Virus record (IMG/VR): IMGVR_UViG_3300023265_000002
Span: 1-55,553 of that record
Source: a virus
Taxonomy: Duplodnaviria; Caudoviricetes
DNA length: 55,553 nucleotides
Direction: 5' to 3' (one strand)
In this document: piece by piece, positions 16,453 to 25,393 of the stretch
Layout of the letters: the number at the start of each line of letters is the position of its first letter
Numbering within the stretch: position 1 is the first letter of the stretch
Translations under genes and position numbers: made by a program
The notes under the pieces: generated by a model
The model's input: only the letters and a program-made list of their open reading frames with translations
What the model was told of the DNA's origin: nothing
Databases searched by the model: none

Positions 16453-18860
16453 CGGCACCTACGATCGAAGCGCCCGAAGTCGACGAGGAGCTGCCCGTCG
16501 AGGACGTCCCGGCCGAGGAGCTGCCCGCGGCTCCGACCACGATGCCGGAGGGCGCGAAGCCGATCAGCCTTCCCGTGATGGCGATCGAGGGGATGGACAC
16601 CGCCGACGGCCGTTGGCTCGAGCCCGGAGGCATCAGCCACCGAGCACTGCCCCTGTCCCTGCTCGCGCAGGTGCGCACCCCGGACGGCGGGGGCGGAGGC
16701 CACGACAACGCCTACATCGTCGGCGCGATCACCGAGATGGTGCGTCGACCGGGCCCGGAGGTCGTGCAGAAGACGACCGGCCAGCCGTTCCCCGAAGGCA
16801 CGTTCGTCTGGTCCGGGAAGGGCTGGATGTACCCGGACGTGCCGGAGGGCAAGAGCGCTTACCAGATGGTGATGGACCGGGCGCTCTCCGGGAACTCCGT
16901 CGACCTGTCGGACCTGGTCGTCGAACTCGAGTACCCGGAGGACTCCAACCCGGACGACCCGAACGAGCGCCCCTCGCGGATGCGCATGATGCAGGCCGTC
17001 ATCGCGGCGAGCACCCTGGTCGCGCAGCCCGCGTTCGCGGACGCGTACGTCGAGGTCGACGGCGAGCTGATGGTCCCGGACGGCGGGCAGGTGATCACGG
17101 CCTCCGCCGTGTCGTTCCGCGCGATCGGTCTGGACTCGCACTGCGCCCCGTGCGCGCTCGGCCTGGGCCTGGCGGACGGCGAGGAGGACATCGTGCCGGG
17201 CAGCGAGGCCGACCCGGACGTGCAGGTCGAGCCGGACGAGAAGCCTGCCCACACGGGCGGCATGGTCGCGCTCGTGCCAGCCGACCCGACGCTGCTGGCC
17301 GTGCCCGGCGGCGACCCGGCCGAAGAGCTGCACATGACGCTGGCCTACCTCGGCGACGACGTCACCGGCTGGGATGGCGAGATCGTCGCCGCGGTGCATC
17401 AGCGAGCGCTGAGCATCACGGACCACTCGCTCGAGGGCGCGCCCGGCGGGCCCGTCGAGGAGGTCGCCGTCGGCGACTACCGCGGCCCCGGTCAGATGGG
17501 GCCGGTCACGTTGAACGTGTTCGCGCACGCCCTGTTCAACCCGAACGGCGGCGCGGACGGGCAGGAGCCTGCGACGGTCTACCTCTTCGACGGGTCGGAG
17601 CAGCGTGGCACGGCGGAAGCGATTCAGTCGGAGGTCGTTTACCGGTTGCGCGAGCTGCTCGGCGAGCTGCGATTCCCGGAGCAGCACGAGCGCTGGGAGC
17701 CCCACGTCACCGCGGGCTACGGAGTTGAGCCGAGCGCGCTCAACTTTACCGGTCCCGTGACCTTCGACCGGCTGCGCGTCGCACTCGGCGGGAACGTCAC
17801 CGACTACCCGCTCGGCGGAGGCGAGCCGATGGTCGCCGCCATCGCCCCCCCGCCCCTACCGGCGGAGGCCTTCCACATCCCGGAGCCCGACGGTCCGCAG
17901 GCGCTGGCCATCACCGAGGGGCCCGACGGCAGGCACTACCTCTCCGGCCACATCGCGGCCTGGGGGGTGTGCCACATCGGGTTTCCGGGGCAGTGCCGCA
18001 CCGCCCCCCGGTCGCCGTCCGGATACGCCTACTTCCACACGGGCGCAGTGCTCACCGACGCGGGCGAGCTGGCGGTCGGGCAGATCACGCTCGACGCCAG
18101 CCACGCCGAGCTGACCAGCAACGCGCAGATGGCCGCGCGGCACTACGACCACACCGGCACGGCGGCCGCCGACGTCCGGCTCACCGACGGCGAACACGGC
18201 ATCTGGGCATCGGGGGTGGTGCGCGGCACGCTCACGGCCGAGCAGCTCCACCGGTTCCGGGCGTCCGCCGCGTCCGGCGACTGGCGGGCGGTGCGCGGGC
18301 AGCTCGAGATGGTGGCCGTGCTCAGCGTCAACGTGCCCGGCTTCCCCGTGCCGCGGGCCCGCGTGGCGTCCGGCGCACCCATCTCGCTCGTCGCCGCCGG
18401 CGCTCTGCCCGCGAACGTGCCGGACGGGCAGCTCGGCCTCAACCGGGCCGACCGCGAGCTGCTCGCGTGGGCCCGCGAGAAGATGCTTGCCGAGCGCCAG
18501 GCGACCGCCCTCGCCGAGCTGGACGCGCTCGTCGACGTGGGCGCGCTGCACGAGGGCGCGCTCGCCGAGCTGGACGAGGTGTTCGCCGACTGGCCTCCGC
18601 TGGTCGACGACCTCGCCAACTGGGTGGAGAAGGCGGGCGGCCTGCCGAAGTACATCAAGCGCATCGCGAAGCACCTGCAGGAAAAGGGGATGGACCAGTC
18701 GCAGGCCATCGCCACGGCGGTGAACGCAGCCAAGAAAATGTGCTCGACTGGCGACACCAACTGGCCCGGTAGCCAGGAGGTGAACGCGGGGAGCCGCGCG
18801 GAGGCGTGTGCCGCGGTCGAGGAGTGGGAAGCCAAAAAGGCAAAGGCTACGGAGGAGTAA
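16449..18860 (+). CDS. capsid maturation protease with inserted 2H phosphoesterase domain
   Basis: EG..T.DGR, LPL, GHD, SVDL and PAF motifs; two HxT motifs (LHMTLAY, PHVTAGY); second domain GHIAAW...SGDWR...VNVPGFP. Confidence 0.8.
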   Translation: MTAPTIEAPEVDEELPVEDVPAEELPAAPTTMPEGAKPISLPVMAIEGMDTADGRWLEPGGISHRALPLSLLAQVRTPDGGGGGHDNAYIVGAITEMVRRPGPEVVQKTTGQPFPEGTFVWSGKGWMYPDVPEGKSAYQMVMDRALSGNSVDLSDLVVELEYPEDSNPDDPNERPSRMRMMQAVIAASTLVAQPAFADAYVEVDGELMVPDGGQVITASAVSFRAIGLDSHCAPCALGLGLADGEEDIVPGSEADPDVQVEPDEKPAHTGGMVALVPADPTLLAVPGGDPAEELHMTLAYLGDDVTGWDGEIVAAVHQRALSITDHSLEGAPGGPVEEVAVGDYRGPGQMGPVTLNVFAHALFNPNGGADGQEPATVYLFDGSEQRGTAEAIQSEVVYRLRELLGELRFPEQHERWEPHVTAGYGVEPSALNFTGPVTFDRLRVALGGNVTDYPLGGGEPMVAAIAPPPLPAEAFHIPEPDGPQALAITEGPDGRHYLSGHIAAWGVCHIGFPGQCRTAPRSPSGYAYFHTGAVLTDAGELAVGQITLDASHAELTSNAQMAARHYDHTGTAAADVRLTDGEHGIWASGVVRGTLTAEQLHRFRASAASGDWRAVRGQLEMVAVLSVNVPGFPVPRARVASGAPISLVAAGALPANVPDGQLGLNRADRELLAWAREKMLAERQATALAELDALVDVGALHEGALAELDEVFADWPPLVDDLANWVEKAGGLPKYIKRIAKHLQEKGMDQSQAIATAVNAAKKMCSTGDTNWPGSQEVNAGSRAEACAAVEEWEAKKAKATEE

Positions 18861-18862
18861 CC

Positions 18863-19078
18863 ATGTCGAAGAGGTTCACGGCGAAGGTGGTCGTCGAGTC
18901 GAGGGTCGAGCACGGGGACCAGGTCAGCCTGCAGTTCCGGCCCGACTACGAGCAGGGTCGTAACGCCGAGTGGGCGGAGGCGACCCCGGCGCTCAGTCTG
19001 GGCATGACGGTCAAGGGCGAAGTCGCCGAAGAGGTCGAGGTCGGCGACGCCTGGACGCTGACCTTCTCGAGGGGCTGA
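18863..19078 (+). CDS. hypothetical protein
   Basis: RBS GGAGGAG; N.EWA.ATP motif. Confidence 0.75.
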   Translation: MSKRFTAKVVVESRVEHGDQVSLQFRPDYEQGRNAEWAEATPALSLGMTVKGEVAEEVEVGDAWTLTFSRG

Positions 19079-19091
19079 CCCTCGGCACGAC

Positions 19092-19128
19092 GAAGGGCCC
19101 GCGCCTCTCCCCAGGGCGCGGGCCCTTC
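19092..19128 (+). terminator. hairpin terminator
   Basis: GAAGGGCCCGCGCC...GGCGCGGGCCCTTC. Confidence 0.7.
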
Positions 19129-19187
19129 TGCACCGCCGCAGTGAACCACTTCCGCGCGTCGACTCTAGCGGTCGTGATCATGCCCAT

Positions 19188-19216
19188 TTGACACCCCCCA
19201 CGATGGGGGGTACTGT
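19188..19216 (+). promoter_or_regulatory. Palindrome-spacer promoter/operator
   Basis: TTGACA-CCCCCCACGATGGGGGG-TACTGT. Confidence 0.85.
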
Positions 19217-19248
19217 TCGCGCTACCGACACCGAGAGGGGTAGCCCGG

Positions 19249-19515
19249 ATGAGCGCCTTCCCGAAGACCATGCGAGCCGCGGCCAGCGGCATCGCGCGCC
19301 ACCTGCTCGCCGAGAAGGTCGAGGCACCGGGCGCGACCCTGAACGCCATCGCGATGAAGGACTACGTCGCCGTCACCAGCACGACCCGCACCGTCGTCGA
19401 GGCCGACTGGATGGCCGCGCTGCAGACGCTGCCCTACCGCACCAGCTTCACCCTCAAGCGCAACGGCGACGGCACCCTGACCGCGATCGTCCGACGACTG
19501 GACGAGGCGGCCTGA
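19249..19515 (+). CDS. hypothetical protein
   Basis: RBS GAGAGGGG, ATG. Confidence 0.75.
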   Translation: MSAFPKTMRAAASGIARHLLAEKVEAPGATLNAIAMKDYVAVTSTTRTVVEADWMAALQTLPYRTSFTLKRNGDGTLTAIVRRLDEAA

Positions 19516-19516
19516 C

Positions 19517-19792
19517 GTGCGCGTCCCCACCTACGACCAGCAGCGCTGCCCGAAGTGCAAGGGGCGCGTCGTCAACGCGAAGACTGGCCGCATGTCGAGG
19601 GGCGCGCCCGTCATCGTCGCGCTGGTGCCCGAAGAGGACACCGTCAACGACAAGCCCAACGACTCCTACCTGCTCACCGTGACCGGCGACACCTACACGG
19701 CAGGTCTGCCGACGAGCAGGCTGCAGCGTGAGGCGCTCCGCCGCGCAGGCCACGTGTTCCACCTACCCCACAAGTGCCCGCCCCTGCGCTGA
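19517..19792 (+). CDS. hypothetical Zn-binding protein
   Basis: CPKC...H.PH.C motif. Confidence 0.7.
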   Translation: MRVPTYDQQRCPKCKGRVVNAKTGRMSRGAPVIVALVPEEDTVNDKPNDSYLLTVTGDTYTAGLPTSRLQREALRRAGHVFHLPHKCPPLR

Positions 19793-19821
19793 CCAGCGCC
19801 AACCCGAAAGGCACGTCCGAC

Positions 19822-20292
19822 ATGGAAGCCCTGTTCCGACGGCACGGCGCGCTGGCTGTCGCAGCCATTGCCGTCGTTGCCCTGCTCCTGCTGGTGTTCG
19901 CGGTCCCCGCGTTCGGCCAGCGCCCCGCCGACGCTCCCGCGGTCGAGGTCGCCGACACGCACCAGCTCGGCACCGACGCGCCGTCGGTGAACCTCACCCC
20001 AGACGACCCCGGCGTGATGCTGACCTCGCCCAGCGCGACGCCCGAACCGATGAGCAGCTCCGCCACCCAGGGGACGACCGGCACGCCCGCCGGACAGGCC
20101 GCGCCCGTCGCGGTGAACTCCGACGACCCGGCACCCGTGCCGGACCCGACCACCACCCCGGAGCCGACCCCGACCGACCCGTACAACGGCGCTCAGCCCA
20201 ACGGGCCGAACGGCGAACTCGGCCCGACCACCCCGCCCCCGCTGCCCAACCCGGCGGAGGCCACCAACCCGACCATCAACCCGACCCCGTAG
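19822..20292 (+). CDS. secreted/membrane-anchored Pro/Thr-rich protein
   Basis: RBS GAAAGG; signal/TM helix followed by a PT-rich tail. Confidence 0.75.
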   Translation: MEALFRRHGALAVAAIAVVALLLLVFAVPAFGQRPADAPAVEVADTHQLGTDAPSVNLTPDDPGVMLTSPSATPEPMSSSATQGTTGTPAGQAAPVAVNSDDPAPVPDPTTTPEPTPTDPYNGAQPNGPNGELGPTTPPPLPNPAEATNPTINPTP

Positions 20293-20305
20293 GAGACCGG
20301 CCCCG

Positions 20306-20806
20306 ATGACCACCATCCCCGCGAAGCGCCAACCGAACCCGATCGACGAGCAGGCCGGAGAGCACATCTATGCCGTGCTGCTCGGTGTCGTGCGGTCGGG
20401 GGCGCTCGCCGTCCACATCGAGCCCTACCTCGTGATGCAGTACACCGCGGCCGTGACCTCCTCGGTCGTGCGAAACCTGAAGATGCTTCGCGTCCTGGCC
20501 TGGGAGATGCACAACCTGCTGGCCGGTCTGCACGTCCGCGGCCTCGAGCTGAGCGAGTACAACACGAAGAACAACCCCTGCAAGTGCCCCTACGAGCACG
20601 ACTGGGACCGGGACACCTGCGACGCGGTCCGGAGGGCAGCGCTGCAGGGCGACTTCAACCCCGGTATGCAGGCGCTCGACAGGCTGATCGAGGCCCCGCC
20701 CACGGAGGCCAGCATCCTCGACGTGGGCGTTCAGGTGTTCGCGCCCTACCTCTGCGAGATCATGCGCGACGTCGTCAAGGGTGGGCAGAAGGCCAGCCAG
20801 AACTAG
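20306..20806 (+). CDS. hypothetical protein
   Basis: RBS AGGAG, ATG. Confidence 0.75.
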   Translation: MTTIPAKRQPNPIDEQAGEHIYAVLLGVVRSGALAVHIEPYLVMQYTAAVTSSVVRNLKMLRVLAWEMHNLLAGLHVRGLELSEYNTKNNPCKCPYEHDWDRDTCDAVRRAALQGDFNPGMQALDRLIEAPPTEASILDVGVQVFAPYLCEIMRDVVKGGQKASQN

Positions 20807-20843
20807 ACAAAAGCAGGACAGAAACCGGTCAATCCCGCACCGC

Positions 20844-20879
20844 GAGCGCCCCCCGTAGTGGCACCTACGGGGGGCGCTC
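20844..20879 (+). terminator. hairpin
   Basis: GAGCGCCCCCCGTAG...CTACGGGGGGCGCTC. Confidence 0.6.
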
Positions 20880-21037
20880 TGCGCGCAACCACGCAAGTTC
20901 GCGACCCTCTTCCGCGACCTCACCTACGATCACGCTCGAACGGGGCAAGACCCGCACGGACGTCGGCCTAGCTGCACGATCGTGTTTCCGGCCTAGCTGG
21001 AGCCGCCCTACCGAATCGAACGGAGAGGACGGGAACC

Positions 21038-22735
21038 GTGGACATCGCGGAAATCCTGACTCGGCTCCAGGATGCAACCCCCCAGGAGCTGAACGCGGCA
21101 CTCGCCGCCATTCGCACGGCCAGCGCCCAGTACACCGGCACCCCGACCGCGGAGTCCGCGGCCGCCGTGACCGAGCTGGCGACGCAGGCGCGGCAGGTGT
21201 CGGGCGAGCTGTCCCGGCGCGCCGAGCTGGCCAACACCCAGGCCGCGCAGCTCGCCGAGCTGCAGGCGCTGACGGAGACGCCCGCCCCGGAGCCCGAAGT
21301 GGTCCCGGAGCCGCAGGCCGACCCGCCCGCGGCCGACCCGGCACCCGAGGGCGACCCGGCTCCGGTCGAGCCCGCGGCCGACCCGCAGGCCGTCACGGCT
21401 GCAGGGCGTCGACTGGGAGGCACCCAGCCGCAGACGCCGATCGCGCCCATCGCGCGCCCGCGGGCGACCGCGACCACGGTGGCGCTGCCCGGCTCGAGCC
21501 TCGAGGGCGAGCAGCAGCTCACCCGGCGCGGCATCGCGGAGGCCTTCGCCCGCCGGAACGACCAGCTCCGACGCGCGCCGTCCAGCGTGCGCGCCGACAT
21601 GGTCCGCATCGTCACGCGGTACCCGGAGGAGCGGCACCTCGGCGCGAACGCGGACGCCTTCACGAACATCGAGAAGGTGGAGCGCGTCCAGAACGACGTG
21701 CTCAGCCGGAGCGCTCAGCAGAACGCGCTCGTCGCGGCTGGCCTGTGCGCCCCGCTCGAGGTGCTCTACGACATCCCCGTGCTGGGCGACGAGGACCGTC
21801 CGGTCCGCGACGCGCTGACCCGCTTCGGCGCTGACCGGGGCGGCATCACCTACCGCCCGGCGCTGGACGGCGTCACCCAGACGGGCGGCATCGGCACGTG
21901 GACGAAGGCGAACGACGTCGCCGACCCGCTGGTGCCGAAGACCTGCGTCGAGATCGCGTGCCCCGGCATCCTGACCGCCGAGGTCGAGGCCACGTACATG
22001 TGCCTCACGTTCTCGAACATGTCCTCGCGGTTCGACCCGGAACAGATGGACGCGAGCATCCGCGCGCAGCGGATCGCGCACGCCCGGTTCTCCGAGAACA
22101 AGCTCCTCACCCAGCTTCGCGCGGGCAGCAAGCCGCTCTACACGAACCGCCTGCTCGGCGCGGTGCGCGACATCCTGGCCACCCTGGACAAGGTGACGGC
22201 GTACTTCCGCAACGTGCACCGTCTGGCGCAGAGCGCTTCGCTGCGCGCCATCCTGCCCGCGTGGGCGCAGAACCTGATGCGCGCCGACATGGTCCGGCAG
22301 ATGGTCGGCGACGGCCCGACCGTGCTGGCCATCGCGGACGCGATGATCGACGAGTGGTTCCGGGTGCGGAACGTCAACATCACGTGGCACCTGGACGGCA
22401 TCGCCGGTCGCACGCTGGCCACGCCGACCCCGGACGTCGTCATCCCGGACCAGTTCTACGCGCTCGCCGCGGCGCAGGCCGAGGTGCCCGGCTTCCCGGA
22501 CGTCGTCGAGATGATGCTGTTCCAGGAGGGCTCCTGGCTCTACCTGGACGGCGGCGAGCTGAACCTCGGCCTGGTCCGGGACAGCACGCTCAACGCCGAC
22601 AACCGGTTCCAGACGTTCTCGGAGTCCTTCGAGATCGCGGCGAACCGCGGCATCGAGTCCATGTCGGTGAACATGGCCGTGCAGCCGACCGGCCAGTCCG
22701 CGGCTACGGTCACGACCGCATCGGCCGCCGACTAG
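21038..22735 (+). CDS. major capsid hexamer protein (N-terminal scaffold-like region)
   Basis: Coiled-coil/Pro-rich N-terminus; LVAAGLCAP.E..YD and LNLG.VRDSTLN..N.FQTFSE motifs. Confidence 0.85.
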   Translation: MDIAEILTRLQDATPQELNAALAAIRTASAQYTGTPTAESAAAVTELATQARQVSGELSRRAELANTQAAQLAELQALTETPAPEPEVVPEPQADPPAADPAPEGDPAPVEPAADPQAVTAAGRRLGGTQPQTPIAPIARPRATATTVALPGSSLEGEQQLTRRGIAEAFARRNDQLRRAPSSVRADMVRIVTRYPEERHLGANADAFTNIEKVERVQNDVLSRSAQQNALVAAGLCAPLEVLYDIPVLGDEDRPVRDALTRFGADRGGITYRPALDGVTQTGGIGTWTKANDVADPLVPKTCVEIACPGILTAEVEATYMCLTFSNMSSRFDPEQMDASIRAQRIAHARFSENKLLTQLRAGSKPLYTNRLLGAVRDILATLDKVTAYFRNVHRLAQSASLRAILPAWAQNLMRADMVRQMVGDGPTVLAIADAMIDEWFRVRNVNITWHLDGIAGRTLATPTPDVVIPDQFYALAAAQAEVPGFPDVVEMMLFQEGSWLYLDGGELNLGLVRDSTLNADNRFQTFSESFEIAANRGIESMSVNMAVQPTGQSAATVTTASAAD

Positions 22736-22746
22736 CAGACGACCGC

Positions 22747-22779
22747 CGTCCCGCCCTGACACCCACGGGGCGGGACGGC
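22747..22779 (+). terminator. hairpin after capsid gene
   Basis: CCGTCCCGCCC...GGGCGGGACGG. Confidence 0.55.
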
Positions 22780-22799
22780 GCTCCTGAAAGGAGACTGGG

Positions 22800-23966
22800 A
22801 TGCAGTTCGCACCAGTGTCGGCACCCGCGCCCGCGCAGGCTCCGGCACGGAGCTTGGTCTCGTCAGCGCTCACCCCGAACGACGAGGCGCGCTGGGAAAA
22901 CGGCATCGCCTGGCGTCCGGAGCGCTGCCCGCAGGGGCGGCTCTTCGACCCCTGCGACGACGCGACCGGCTTCGGTCCGCTCGTCGGCGAAGGGGACGAG
23001 GGCGTCGTCTACTACGTGCCGTCGCCCCTGCGCGTCGAAGATCGCTGCAGCACCCGCTACGGCGACACCACCGACGACCAGGCGCGCGTGCGCCGTCAGC
23101 TCGAGGGCTCGACGTCCTGGTTCCTCGCCCGCGAACTCTGGTCGGGCGACTGGACGAGGACGCACTCCTACACCGACCCGGAGGGCACGGCAGGCGTGGT
23201 GAACGCCTACCTCGCCGACGAGTCGCGGGTGACCGTGCACGCGGGCTCCCGCACCCCGGCCGAAGCGCTGGGGTTCCTCGAGGAGGCCACGCGCGACGCG
23301 GCGCTCGGCATGGACGTCGTGCTGCACGTGCCGATCGAGGTCGTTCCGCACATCGCGCACGCCCTGGTGGTCGAGGGCAACCTGCTCAAGACCATGACCG
23401 GCGCGCGCGTCATCGCCGACGCTGGTTACCCCGGCACCGGCCCGTTCGACACAGGCACGGCCGAGGTGCAGAGCGTCGCGCTGACGGGCGTCCCCACGGG
23501 CGGAACGTTCACGCTCACCTACTCCGGCCAGACGACCGCGGCCATCGCCTACAACGCGGCCGCCAGCGCGGTGCAGGCGGCGCTCATCGCGCTGTCGAAC
23601 ATCGCCCCCGGCGACCTGGTGGTGACCGGGGGGCCCGCTCCGGGCGCGGCCTACACGGTGACGTGGAACGTGGCGCTCGGCAACGTCGCCCAGATGACCG
23701 GGTCCGGCGCAGGGCTCACGGGCGGCACGGCTCCGGCCGTCGCCGTCACGACCACCACGGCAGGGGTTGCCCCCTCCGTCGCGGCTGGCCTGTGGATGTA
23801 CGGGACCGGTCCGGTCGCCGTGCGCCTCTCGCCCGTCGTGACCGAGGAGCTGATCGACCACCGGGAGAACCTGCGCCTGGTCACGGCAGAGCGGATGGGC
23901 GCTGCCTACTTCGACCCCTGCATCGTTCACGGCCTGACCGTGACGCTGCCCGAACCCACCCCGTAA
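22800..23966 (+). CDS. major capsid pentamer protein with inserted EVQ..TGGTFTLT domain
   Basis: RWENGI, GY.GTGP, WMYGTGPV and AER....FDPC motifs; follows the hexamer gene. Confidence 0.75.
   Translation: MQFAPVSAPAPAQAPARSLVSSALTPNDEARWENGIAWRPERCPQGRLFDPCDDATGFGPLVGEGDEGVVYYVPSPLRVEDRCSTRYGDTTDDQARVRRQLEGSTSWFLARELWSGDWTRTHSYTDPEGTAGVVNAYLADESRVTVHAGSRTPAEALGFLEEATRDAALGMDVVLHVPIEVVPHIAHALVVEGNLLKTMTGARVIADAGYPGTGPFDTGTAEVQSVALTGVPTGGTFTLTYSGQTTAAIAYNAAASAVQAALIALSNIAPGDLVVTGGPAPGAAYTVTWNVALGNVAQMTGSGAGLTGGTAPAVAVTTTTAGVAPSVAAGLWMYGTGPVAVRLSPVVTEELIDHRENLRLVTAERMGAAYFDPCIVHGLTVTLPEPTP
23463..23765 (+). repeat. 101-codon domain duplicated in pentamer and major tail genes (copy 1)
   Basis: 73/101 identical residues by manual ungapped alignment to 24296-24598. 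Confidence 0.9.
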
Positions 23967-23977
23967 GGAGAACCGCT

Positions 23978-24949
23978 GTGGCGGACTACGACGGCGCAGG
24001 GTCTCTCTTTGCGCTCGGCCTCCGGGCCACCCTCCTCGACGCGACCGGCGCGCCCCTCGCGGGCGATGACACCTGCTACACGACGGACGCCTTGGTCGCG
24101 GCGACCATCGGCCTCGAGTACAACGAGGCCGAGGAGATCAGCCAGACGAACGGTTCGGGCGTGGTGTGCCTCGCCTACCGCGCGCCGGACACCCTCAAGC
24201 AGGGCACGATTTCCGACCTGCAGCTCTGCACCCCTGACCCGAACGTGCAGTCGTTCTTCATCGGCGGCGACACGATCGAGCGGGCGGCAGTGCAGGAGGT
24301 CCAGAACATCACGATCACGGGCACGCCGACCGGCGGTACTTTCACCCTGACCTACGCAGGTCAGACGACGACCGCCATCGCCTACAACGCGGCCGCGGCC
24401 GCGGTGACGGCGGCCCTCGAGGCGCTGTCGAACGTCGCCCCTGCCGACGTGGTGGTGACCGGCGGCCCCGGTCCCGGCACGCCGTACGTGGCCACGTGGA
24501 AGGCCACCCTCGGCAACGTCGCCCAGATGACGGCGGACGGCGCGCTGCTGACCGGCGGAGCGTCGCCCGCGGTGGCCGTCACCACCGTGACGCCCGGCGT
24601 GCTGGCGTCGACCATCGGCTACCGCGCCCCGCAGGTGGGCGTCACGGCCAACCCGAACGGCATCTCGCTCGAGCTGTGGACGCGCGCCGTGGTCGACTCC
24701 GCCTACGCGGCCGACCTGCCGTACTTCCACTGGGTCCTGCCGCGGGTGTTCCTCAAGCCCTCCGAGGGGTGGACCGCGTCGGGCTCCGACCCGATGCTGC
24801 CCGGCTTCGAGGGGTTCTCGAACCAGAACGCGAACTGGGGTGACGGCCCGCTGCCCGGCGGTTGGGCCTTCCCCTCCGACCGCGTCTGGCAGTACGCGCG
24901 CGTCGCCGACGTCCCGGACCTGTCGCCGGGTTTCGTGACGGTCGCGTAA
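23978..24949 (+). CDS. major tail protein with the same inserted domain
   Basis: RBS AAGGAG, GTG; NG.G.VC, C.PDP, SLELW, Y.HWV.P and N.NWG.GP motifs. Confidence 0.8.
   Translation: MADYDGAGSLFALGLRATLLDATGAPLAGDDTCYTTDALVAATIGLEYNEAEEISQTNGSGVVCLAYRAPDTLKQGTISDLQLCTPDPNVQSFFIGGDTIERAAVQEVQNITITGTPTGGTFTLTYAGQTTTAIAYNAAAAAVTAALEALSNVAPADVVVTGGPGPGTPYVATWKATLGNVAQMTADGALLTGGASPAVAVTTVTPGVLASTIGYRAPQVGVTANPNGISLELWTRAVVDSAYAADLPYFHWVLPRVFLKPSEGWTASGSDPMLPGFEGFSNQNANWGDGPLPGGWAFPSDRVWQYARVADVPDLSPGFVTVA
24296..24598 (+). repeat. 101-codon duplicated domain (copy 2)
   Basis: See copy 1. Confidence 0.9.
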
Positions 24950-25051
24950 GGCCTGGTCTCGCGCCACGGTGCGAGACAGGATGGGTGAGAAGAGGGGGCG
25001 ACGGTTCATGGGCCGTCGCCCCCTTCCCAGCAGCACAGGAAGGCTCCGACG

Positions 25052-25390
25052 ATGTCCCACTCCGTAGCCGCCCGCAACGCGGCTGTTGCCGCGGTGACGG
25101 CGCTCGGCAACTGGTGCAGCCTGAACACGGGCGACCCCGGCACGACCGGCGCGAACGAGGGCGCAGGGGTGACGCGCACGCAGACCACCTGGGCGGCCCC
25201 CTCCGGCGGCAGCTCGGTCGGCTCGCAAGCCCTCATCCCCGTACCCGCGGGGGGCCCTTACACCCACTACAGCGTCTGGTCGCTGGCGTCGGGGGGCAGC
25301 TTCGTCACGGGCGGGGCACTGCCCGCGCCGGAGACCTACGGCGCGCCGGGCACCTACGGCCTGACCCCGACCGAGACCGCGACGGGCTGA
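25052..25390 (+). CDS. small virion/tail-associated protein
   Basis: SL.TGDPGTTGANE...R..T.W.A motif common in actinophage virion genes. Confidence 0.7.
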   Translation: MSHSVAARNAAVAAVTALGNWCSLNTGDPGTTGANEGAGVTRTQTTWAAPSGGSSVGSQALIPVPAGGPYTHYSVWSLASGGSFVTGGALPAPETYGAPGTYGLTPTETATG

Positions 25391-25393
25391 CCT

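Noticed and set aside
23463-24598. Duplicated segment as a DGR template/variable repeat pair
   Set aside because: No reverse transcriptase gene; differences are not adenine-specific; both copies are in-frame internal domains
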